Below, piece after piece: positions 33,875 to 44,148 of a stretch of DNA of 64,000 bases. The translations under genes were made by a program, and so were the position numbers. Below the pieces are notes generated by a model that saw only the letters and a list, made by a program, of their open reading frames with translations, ran no database searches and was not told the DNA's origin. The first letter of the stretch is position 1. Each line of letters starts with the position of its first letter. Source of the stretch: Macrostomum lignano (taxonomy: Eukaryota). Where the stretch lies: positions 62,001 to 126,000 of the forward strand of contig NIVC01002466.1 in assembly GCA_002269645.1 (NCBI GenBank), given 5' to 3'.

Positions 33875-35449
33875 AGATATTGGAAATGTTTTGCTTGAGA
33901 CTTCGAATTTATTGCAAATGGAGAGCGCCACTGAAAGCTGGGAACTTTTTCTGCTGTCGATTCCCCTCAACTCTTCGCGGATGCGTCGGATAAATACTCG
34001 TCCAGACAACAGCAATCAACTTGAGTACCTATCAGTGCATTTGTCCGTAATTACCGTGTCTACTGATTTGGTGGAAGTCTGGCTTGATTGTTCCTTGCGG
34101 CTGAGCAATTCAGTTTTTCATTCAATTTATGATTGAATCAATTTTTATTTCTGTCTTGGTTTTGCTATATTTTAGCTTTTACTTGACAACCAACGTTAAT
34201 AGTTGATGGCGACTGAACAGTCCATGAGCACTGTGTTTATAATTTAATTTTTTTGCCATCTTGCCCTAGGTTCTGAAAACTTCCGTTCACTTTAAGTCAT
34301 GTTCCTGGACAAAATGGCTTAGCTGAGAGATCTTCGCTCGTTGACGAGTTTTTCAAATCGTCTCATTCGACTGAGCCTGGACACGCACATGGATCTCACG
34401 CATTCGACAGTGCAATAGCTCGTTAAACTCTGAGCAGTTCTCCCCCCGGAGTCCGTTGCGGGCGAGAGCGGGCAGGCTCCTGCCACAATTGCACTAAACA
34501 GAAATGAAAAATTTGAACTACCGCTTGAACTTTGAACTACTGTTTTGCTACCGCAGCACGTTTATTTTCTGAGCAAAAACTCGCGCATTTCCCGGTGAAC
34601 CCGTCAGACTCCGGTCTGGCGGTGGTTAGCTGCAGAAAACTGCAGATGGAATTTGTCCCGTCATGCACTGTCGTTCTACTTCCCTGATCAGTAGTGTGAA
34701 TCGCATCCAACCTGCAAGTTTCTATCCTATCTCCCTTTTAGCTTGTCTCCCTTCCCTTCTCCTTACCCTCCCCCATTGACAGTCACCACGGTGTCCTGCA
34801 GCATGCGACTTCGATTTCATAGTGGTTAACGCAAGCAAGAGTGACAGCCTCAACCCCAAGTATGTTGCTATATTTGACCTGCTACAGTGGATTCTACAAG
34901 CTATGCAGTTGCACAGAATCTTGCATATCCGATTCAAATGTTAAGAATCTCAAGTGAGCATCGTAGCTTGCGGCTATCATAGCCAGCTGTACTTTAGAAA
35001 CTCGAGTGTACCTCCGCACGATCGGTACACACAATCCAGCCGTTTCTGGACAGCACAAGAAAAAGATGCGCGCTAAGATTTGTGAGGCCCCCACCCCCGA
35101 CGGCACAAACCACGCGCAAACAAAACAAAAGGAAAACAACAAAAAGTGTTCATGCAACGTGCAAAAGTCCTAACCAAACAGCGGACAGAAAGTTCGTCAT
35201 CAGGTGGCCGTGTAAAAATCCCGCGGCCGTGCCACAGAAGGACGGGAAACCAAGTATCTTGGAAAAGAGGATGTGAACTTAAGAGTCAAAATGGAGCCCG
35301 AAAATGGAGCCCCGGTCCCGATTTCTCTACGCCAAGCTTAATTGACGAGAATGCCAAGATAAACGCTCTTTTTACAAGCGTATATGTTTGTAGGAAGATT
35401 CTCTTTCACCTTCATCATCAACAGCAGCTGAACTCCGATACTCATGCTG

Positions 35450-38400
35450 AGGTTTGGTCCAGCGGTCGTCAAAGAATCGGCGATGGTGGCTAGCCTGGCC
35501 AAGCCAGCGGACTGCAAGGACCGTCACCTGCCAAAGCAGCTGCAGCTCAAGAGCATCCTGGCAGGCTTCAGCGACCGCTTGCAAGTCATCGGATGCGTCA
35601 AGGGAGTCAGCGTTACCATCAAGCTGAGGCCAGATGCCAACCAAGTCTGCCATCGGCCTCCTGCGACTGCGCCGTCTCTGCATGGGCTACACGTCCGCCT
35701 CGGAGATCCTCCAGCATTTGATGACCTCCGTCCTGAGCGGTCTCCCGGGCGTGCATGACGACATCCTGGTGTACGCAAAGGACATCAAGGAGCACATCCA
35801 GCGTCTTCGAGACTGCCTTGCTCGACTGAAGGAGAGCAACATCACACTGAACATCAAGAAGTGTCGGTTCGCCCAGGGGGAGGTCGACTTCCTTGCCATG
35901 CGACTCACGGCCGCCGGCATCCACCCAAGCAAGGAGAAGGTGGAGGCCTTCCGCAGCTTCAAGCGGCCGACCAACGCGACCGAGGTCCGCTCCTTCCTGG
36001 GTCTCGTCACCTTCGTGGCCAGCTTCATCAGCAACCTGTCCGATAGGGCCTGGCCGTTACGGGAGCTGACGAAGCGAGCCGCCGAGTGGACCTGAGGCGA
36101 GCAGCAGGAAGCGGCCTTCAACGACATCCAGCAGCCAGGCGCTGGCATTCGTCAACAGCGAACTGCAGATCCAGCTGATCGTGGACGCCAGCCCAACCGG
36201 CGTCGGCGCCATCCTTGCCCAGGTACAGCCGGACGGATCGACACGGCCGGTGGCCTACGCCAGCTGCAGTCTGAGCCCGACGGAGCAGCGCTACTCCCAG
36301 ACGGAGCGCGAGGCCCTGGCAGTGAAGTACGGTGGCCTGAAATTCCGGGATCTCGGCCACCGCCACGGATCGAGCGAATGACATTGCGACTGCAAGACCT
36401 CGTGTTCCAGGTGGTGTACCAGCCCGTCCTACGTTTCGAGCCAGCGACAACGCCGCACCAAAAGAACGACTCGCTTCGCCTATCAGAAAGCCAACTGGGA
36501 TCTTTTCCGCCAGGTCATCGAATCCGAGCTAAAACACTGGACAAAGCGCCCACCCCGGACCGCCTCAGGGGCGGCTGCCAAGCTCACTAACACCACACTC
36601 GCTAACGCAAGGGTTGCCCCCTGGCTTCCCACCCTCGTTTAACAACAACACCACACTCCGCGCGGCGAACAAGGCAATCCCCAAAGGCGCTCAGCGCGCC
36701 CCGATCGGCTGGTGGTGCCCCGAAGTCAAATCTGCCTGCAACGCCCGACGCGAAACACTGGAGAAGCTCAGGGCGGACCTAAACAACGAGACGCTTGCTA
36801 CGGATTTCCAGACTGCGGCGGCCGCCGCCAACGAGGCCATCCGCAAAGCCAAAGAATCCCTGTGGCAAGAGTTCGTCAGCGACTACCAGGCAGAACTGAA
36901 GTCGGCGGACCTCTGGGGAATCATCCGCACCCTCGACGGCATATCACCAGCCTGCGGGCCGTCCGTTGCGATCAAAACCCCAACTGGACGCGTAGCCACC
37001 ACAGACCGCCAAAAGGCTGACCTCTTCTGTAAAGAGTACGCAACAGTCAGCCACCAGCGGCGCGACAAAGCTATCGCCATTGAAGCCAGAGCAGCCCTGG
37101 CGGCCCCCTGTAAGCTGCCTTGGTGAACCTTACCGCTGACTATCGCCCGATATGCCTTCTTTCCTGCGTTGCTAAGGTCGCTGAAAGGATGATCAACAAA
37201 CGCCTCACCCAAGTGGAATGAGGATCAGCTGAATCAGCTGGAGTGAGGATCAATCCAGCCCAGGCCGGCTTTCGCAGGTACCGCTCCACTGAGGAGCAAA
37301 TCACTGCCGTCACGCACTACATCATAGATGGCTAAGAAGCCAGCAAAGCGCTCAGCTCTCCTCGGAGATTCTTCGAGAGCCTACAAAATGCCCAAACCGT
37401 CAAACTGCACCGCAAGAGGGTCCCCACCTGCATGAACCGATGGCTCAGAAGGTTCCTCTCGGACAGACGCGCCCGCGTCACCTGGAACGGAACCAGTAGC
37501 TGGATCCTCACCTTCTCCGATGGCCTCCCGCAAGGATCGGTCCTCGCCCCGACCCTATGGATCGTCTACATGGACGACCTCCTGGATGGCGCGCCTGAGG
37601 ACGTCCTGACTATAGCTTACGCCGACGACAGCAATCTTTGGAGCTCAGGGCGCGACTGTCCGGGAGTGCGAGCAAACCCAGCAACGCGCGACCGATTGGC
37701 TCCTGTTGTGGTCCCAAAACTGGAAAGTGGACCTCAGCAGGACCAAGTCGGTCGTTGCGTACTTCTCTCTCGACCTGCGTGAGACAAACGGAAAGGTGCA
37801 GCCACGCATCATGCTCGGCGTCTCCCAGGCCCCTTCGAACTGCACCCAAAACTGCTCGGCGTTTACCTGGATCCACAGCTTACTTTCCGCCACCAAGCCT
37901 CACTCCAACGCAGGAACCTGCAAAAACGCACCGGCGTCCTGAGGTGCCTCACCGGCCGTGATTGGGGTCAGGACTCGCACATCCTCTCACGCCTGTATCG
38001 CACCTACGCCGAATCTGCCGTCCTTCATGGCGCTGCAGCCTGGCTGAACTTCGCTTCGGACTCGTGCCGCCCTCGACATCCTGCCATGGCCGGGCAGCGG
38101 CGAGCTCCGCTGGGCCACAGACTCGCAGTCCCTGCTCCGGAGCCTCCTCGCTGGCCCATTACCGCGCCTTTCGCCATGCTGCAGGGACATCTGGGCTCTG
38201 CTCAGAAGAGTACCGTTGGGCCACCACGTCACCATCCAGTGGGTCCCCGGACACTGCAACCTGCGGCTCAACGACCTATAGCGGACAACACAGCGCGCGG
38301 CACGGCTCGGCTCCCCCAATCAGACGCTCCACTGGACCTCCGCAGCACCCGCTCGGCCATTGCTGTGCTAGTAGCCTCGGACCTCCACCAGGCCTACGCC

Positions 38401-40222
38401 AATGACCAGCACTGCGCGACGCATCGCTCTGCCACTCACGGAAGGCCACCGAAACGCCTACCGCCGGGCTCCGGGCGCAAAGCCCATGTGACCTTGGCCC
38501 AGCTCCGCACCGCGGCCACTGCCTCCGCCTCCGCAAATATCGCAACCGCATCGGCCTGGAACCATCCGCGACCTGCCCAGCATGCGGCAAAGCTCAGGAG
38601 GACCTCGAACACCTCATGATCCAGTGCCCGGTACACGCAGACATCCGGGCGGAGGTCCTCGGACCAAACGCGTCGCTGACGGTCATCGCAGACGACGGCC
38701 CCGCGTGCTCGAGTATCTCCAGAGGATAGGGGCGCAGACGCGCCCCCCCCCGGACTAGCTCTGGCCAAGAAACCATCACCACCACCACGTTTTGAGCCGC
38801 CAGCCGCTGCCGATGCCGCCTAACAACGTTGGTGAGCAAGAAGACGTAATCTACGTGGTCACGGCAGTTTAAGCAGCAACGCCGGTGTCCATCAGCCTGG
38901 CGACCATCAAAGCGGCATCCAACCAAGATGCCACAGTCCAAGCCGCGCCTCACGGCATCCGCAGTGTCAGGTTCGGGACAAGAGCAACCTGAACCCGAAG
39001 CGTGAAGGCTGCACACCGTCCCCCACGAGTTGTCTAAGCTCGACGGCCTGCTGCTACGTCTGGGCCAGATCTTCATGCCTACAGCACTGCGCTACCGGTG
39101 CCTGCAGCTGGCGCACCAAAGTCACCAGGGAATTAGAGAGACAAGGTGTGCAAGCCAAGGTGTGGTGGCCCAGCATGCGAGCATCAGTACAGGCGCACGA
39201 GGTGGCCTGCCTGAGCTGTCAGATCTGTACCCGCGAGACCACGCCAAAGGCGACGCCGCTCAAGCCGACCAAACTACCGGCGGCGCCCTGGCTGGAGCTC
39301 GGCATGGACATCTTCGGGCCCGTCAACGTCAAGTCGCTGCTCGTCTGCACGGACCACTTCTCGCGCATCCCACTGGTCGAGGTCATGTCGAGCACCACCG
39401 CCGCGGCAGTCATCCGCATGCTGCGGAATTGGTTCAGCATCTTCGGGCAGCCCATGAAAGTGACGACCGGCAACGGCCCGTCCTTCGCGTCGGCTGAGTT
39501 TAGCAGTTTCTTGGTGGACCAAGGCTCCAGGCACCACCGGATCACTCCGCTGTACCCACAGGGCAACGGCGCTACGGAAAGGTGCAACCAGAGACTCAAC
39601 AAGGCCATCGTACGGCCGTGGCCGAAGGCAGGGACTGGACGGCAGCAATCGATGAGTACCTGGCTGCGTACAGACGCACTCCGCACAGCGCTACTGGGAT
39701 CGCGCCCGCCAGCGTTCCGTTCGGGCGGAAGATCACCGACACGATCCACAACCTCCAGCACTCGCAGCCGGTGGACGCAACGAGAGCAGCCATCAAGGAC
39801 AAGGACCAGCTGTCCAAGGAGAAGATGAAGCGCTACGCCGACCAAAGGGCCAAGGCAGCAGACCACTACATTCGGCCAGGAGACCGCGTCCTGCGATGGC
39901 TGCAGTCCAGACAAAAGGCCGGCGCCTTCTACGACTCAACGCCGTGGGACGTGTCCAAAGTGCTCGAAGACTCGCTGATCACGCAGCGCGACGACACCAC
40001 CTGCTGCTGGCACGCCACGCAGGTCAAGCGGCTGCCAGAAGCGCCAGACCAGCCAGCCGGGCCGGCGCCGCAGCCGCCTGGCATGCCAGGAAGCTTGGAC
40101 AAAGCGGAGCCACCGATCGCGGCTCGGCCGCACCTGCGGCAGGCCAAAGGCAGAGACAAGATCTACAAAGAAGTTGATTCGATCAGCTTCGATTACCAAT
40201 TTTATTCCACCTGGGGGAGAAT
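35450..40222 (+). mobile_element. Internally deleted Ty3/Gypsy pol (RT, RNase H, integrase), copy A, interrupted by a LINE
   Basis: RT LCMGYTSASEILQ..HDDILVY; RH DASPTGVGAIL..RYSQTEREALAV; integrase HQ.HQG..C..C, DIFGP, TGNGP (catalytic D lost), ATERCN. Stops and frameshifts present. No gag or 5' LTR seen. Confidence 0.9.
36427..38748 (+). mobile_element. 5'-truncated, internally deleted RNase H-containing LINE nested in the Gypsy RNase H, copy A
   Basis: YQKANWDLFR, YRPICLLSCVAKVAERMI, QAGFR, GLPQGSVLAP, YADD, VTIQWVPGH (RNase H), CPACG..EDLEHLMIQC knuckle. Apparent CCCG TSD at 36423-26 / 38749-52. Confidence 0.9.
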
Positions 40223-40480
40223 TGTCACGCCGCAGCCCTGTACTCACTTGTTGTTAAACGGGGTGCCTAGCGGTGCGAGGTGCTCACTCACTGTACTCTT
40301 TTACTGAAATCTGCACCCCCAACTTACCTCTCCCCTTTTTATGCCTTTTATACCAACGTGGCCGCACCTGATTGGCTGAGGCCTGAAGGCTCAAATATAT
40401 AGGGCCAAGCGTTTTAGCGCCGCAAAATCAATACTGACTCCAGAGTCATGATATTTAGAAGGCAGGTTTCACCGAAAAAT
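40223..40480 (+). mobile_element. Probable 3' LTR start of the Gypsy element (right end not defined); also from 54885
   Basis: Polypurine tract GGGGGAGAAT immediately followed by TGTCACG. ATTGG and TATATA promoter-like motifs downstream. Confidence 0.55.
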
Positions 40481-41777
40481 ACATTGCGGAGATCGGAAGT
40501 TTTCATTTTCCAGTAGAAAATTGTTTTTGTTCTTAATATAGAATACAGAGTCAATGTCCTTTTTTTCTATTTTTGCCTTTCTGAAATCAATCACTTATGG
40601 GAATATGAAGACAAGCCAGTTTTAGTATATAGGATATATGTTACGAATAGTTTTGCGTTCATGTCCCATGCCTAGCAATCATTAAAAATGGCAACAATTC
40701 CACTCCATTGGTTTTATGAATCTATTCATATTTCATCATTCTCTACACATTTTGTTACACAGTCATTAAGTTATAAATGATTGTGACATGATTCATGAAA
40801 TTAATGAGCCGAGCTGTGCCATTCTTTGGATTTTCATGCACAAGACATGCACGATTCTACGTGGGATATAAAAATGAACTCAGCATCAAAAGATGAACAC
40901 TGGGTCTGCCTTCTATCAAAAGTAATAACAATTTTTGTGCTGAAAGAATGAAAACCTCCTATCTCCGTAACGCATTTTTCGGCAAAACTTGAAACTTTCC
41001 AAGAAACGTAGTTTTCCATTCTTCTACTTGAGTAGTCTTTCGCTCAGGTACACATTCGATAGTGCGATAGTCGAGAATGGGGGCGAGCGTGCAGGAGCTC
41101 GACCTGCTTCTCAAAGCTCCAAGGTGGCTCTATCCCAAGGCCTCAGTCACATCTTCATCTTCTCATGCTTGGCGATTCAAGGGAGGAATTGGTCCGGCAT
41201 CCAATCTGAATTCAATATGCTCTGCTTCTTAACCCTTCTCCATCCCAGTCACCGGTGTCCTGCAGCATGCGACTTCGGTTTCATAGTGTCTGAGGCAAGC
41301 AAAGGCGACAGCCTCAACCCCCAAGTATGTTACTATGTGTGCCATTTTATGCCACTCAGCAAAATCCTATTCAAATTTTAAGAATCTCCTGTGAACTTTG
41401 AGTTTGCAGGAAATTTTACAGTTTAAAATTTTTTTTACTCTCCTTAATTGTTTAATCCCATCTGAGCTCAACAAGCAGCGAATGTATGCGTTTAGCAGTG
41501 CAGAACTCATGCAGCTCAAACTGGAAAATGATGGAAATGCTTTGTTTAAGAGAGCCCAACCGTGCGCAAGCAGCAAGCAGTTTAGGGACGAATGCAGCTG
41601 AATTCTTTCATAAAAATTGCCATCCGTCTGTACGGCTGCTCCAGCCAATCCTACATTGAATGCGAAGAAAAACGAAAAATCCCGGACAATGGGTGCTGCA
41701 GATATGATATATGCGGAGAAATCTTTCATTTCCCGACAATTCTGCCTCCCAAACAGCTTCACTGGTGCAGCATCAGG

Positions 41778-43565
41778 ATGAGACAGTGTCCTGTTAATCT
41801 GGTCTTCTGGCTGGCGGTAGCGCTGCTGCTGACTGATACCTGTGCCTCTCAGTAAGTTCCCCGCTATGTCCATGCAGATTAATTTTCCCATGTTTCCCAT
41901 ATCTTTCTAAGCATCTTCGCTCCGCACTTCAGAGACAGTGCGGTGCCAGTGTGTTCAAGGGAGACGTTTTCTCTGGAATCGGAGACAAGGACGCAAACGA
42001 TGTTTACAAGGGTATCAACTGAAACCGTTGCTAGCATTCTTGACTGCGCAATGCTCTGCACCAAGCGCCCCGACTGTCTGTCGTTTGGATTCTCTGTCGA
42101 GGCGTTCGAGTGCCGAATGTCGAATGAAAATGCCGGAATTCCGGACTCGCGGTTCGTATTTTATCGCAGAAATTTGGGTGAGCGGATTTTTTTCGTTTTC
42201 CGGAACAAAAATCTAGCGATAGATTTTTACTGAAATAAGATTGAAATAAATATGATTCATTTCACGCTTTCCTGCATGCAGATTCGACATCATCGTGCAA
42301 AAACACTGTCTCGGCAACTGATGACGGCCGCTTGTGGTGTCCCATCCAGCAGCGAGTGAGCGACTCCGTCAGCTTTGAGCAGAGTTGGAGCAGCTACGAG
42401 ACTGGGTTCGGCAACGAACTTAACTTCTGGATCGGTCTGTTGCTTTTTGTGATTTAAAAAGCTTGTTTAGCACCAGAAAGAGTTCCAATCATGGACTGCT
42501 AAAGTACAAGGATGCTAAGACTCGCAATTCGTGCGAATTCCGCTTGAGGTGGTTTCTCGCTGAAAAAAGCATTAGGCTAGTCAGTTGGGTACTTTTCAGC
42601 TGTCTTGTTCAAGATGCGCTCACAAGTTTGTCGAGAAAAAGTTTGAAAATTTATTTTTGAACTTCTGGTCTTAAGGGCCCGTTCTATAAAGCCAGCGTAA
42701 GATACGATCGTTCTTAGCTCCTATCTCCGCAGTGTAAAAGTTCCGACGTGCGATCGAACTTACGCTACGACAGCTTTATAGTACGACCCCTTAATGCTAA
42801 TTCTTCAGCGAAAATTGGCCTACTTTAGTGTTGTTCGTTCGTCTACTTTAATTTGTTTCCAATGTATAAAGGGCCAGAGTATACTCGCGCGCCGCGACCC
42901 CTTGGTTCGATTCCGTTGCGCGGCCGCATTCATTTGGGGTTTGTTGTGCAATTCACAACCATGAGACCCAAGCCCCAGGGCACAGGGAGTGTACATGCCT
43001 GATGATTATAAAGTCTGGGCTGCTGTTCACCCTGTGTGAGCGAGTGCATGATTGTGTGCCTGCGTACAGCATCGGTTAGGACGGCTGGGTGTCCGCAACC
43101 CACCTAAAGTTGTCCACGTTCAAAACATTACCAGGCCTGCTGGACATTCACGAGCTCAGCTCGGTACTGGATGATGGTGTCACTCTGCTGGTTGAAATTT
43201 TCTCCTGGCACGAGGAGAAGCTGTTTCAAGAGTACTCCAACTTTCGAGTTCAAGACGCCAGATCGAAATATAACATGACTGTGGGACGCTTGGAGCGGAC
43301 TCGCTCGAACTTTTTTTACAACAACCTCGGCTATCACAGTGGAATGCGGTTCTCCACGATGGAACAAGACAATGACCTACTGGGTGGCTCCTGCTCTACA
43401 TATTTCCACGGCAACTCCGGCTGGTGGTTCAAGTCCTGCGCTCAAGCAAACCCCAACGGCCTGTACTCCAATTCGGAGGTCAACAGCCCAAGTGCGATTT
43501 GCTGGATGCGGAACGGCAGCTGGACTTCGGTCAAAGCAACTCGACTGTCGCTAAACATACCTTGA
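41778..43565 (+). CDS. Secreted PAN/apple + fibrinogen-related domain (FReD) protein, copy A. Model join(41778..41851,41933..42177,42282..42434,43135..43565), 300 aa
   Basis: Signal peptide MRQCPVNLVFWLAVALLLTDTCAS. PAN motif DCAMLCTKRPDCLSFGF..C. FReD motifs IQQRVSDSVSFEQSWSSYETGFG..FWIG|LLDIHEL, HSGMRFSTMEQDND, GWWFKSC..ANPNG. Phases are consistent. Confidence 0.92.
42675..42790. mobile_element. 116-bp MITE with TTAA flanks in FReD intron 3 (also 57346-57461)
   Basis: Imperfect ~40-bp TIRs (GGGCCCGTTCTATAAAGC..AGCGTAAGATACGATCG versus CGATCGAACTTACGCT..GCTTTATAGTACGACCCC), with TTAA on both sides. Confidence 0.8.
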
Positions 43566-43750
43566 GCGACGACACCTCTGAGGCTCTAATCAAGTAATGA
43601 TTGGGATGCTTGGGGTTCAACTGCACTCCTGCAGCCAGCTGTACCCTGTGCAACCTGCCACCGAGCACTGTGTAGTAACAGAACTTGGAAGTCAACAATC
43701 GCTCGATTCAGTTCACGCATGTAAATCCAATAGTTTAGAGCTAAAATAAA

Positions 43751-44148
43751 CAAAGCCGACGCTTCCGATGCCACCGCCGCCGCCACCGCCGCCGCCACCG
43801 CCGCCGCCGCCTCCAGTAAAATCGCCTCATCCGCCACCGCCAATGCCGCCTCTTCCGATGCAGATTCGAGAACAGACTGCAGTAACAGCGGTAAGAGGTC
43901 TTGGATACAACTGCTGTGCTTCTCAGAAGCTGCCGTTTCTGACGGTCAGTTATGACCATAGAGGGCCATACAACCGTCAGCTGCAGACATCTGACCTCCT
44001 CCTTCAAATCTGCTCCAGCCATCGCCATCGGCAGCTCCTCTGCCTCCGAAAGCGGCTCCCAGGTGGCCTGCCCGAGGCGATTCGGCGGCGTCGTCAGCTG
44101 CTCTGCCTCATCCGGCGACAGCGTCCGAGGCTGGACAGGCCGGTATAG
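43751..44148 (+). pseudogene. Truncated duplicate of the proline-rich 3' end of the PX-SH3 gene
   Basis: Matches 29074-29456 but lacks the PX and SH3 exons. Confidence 0.85.

Larger units (their letters stand above)
29074..43750. repeat. Tandem segmental duplication, copy A (~14.7 kb)
   Basis: Colinear with 43751-58426. Begins at CAAAGCCGACG inside the last PX-SH3 exon. Confidence 0.95.

Noticed and set aside
42990-43030. Hammerhead ribozyme core CTGATGA
   Set aside because: No correctly placed GAAA or supporting stems.
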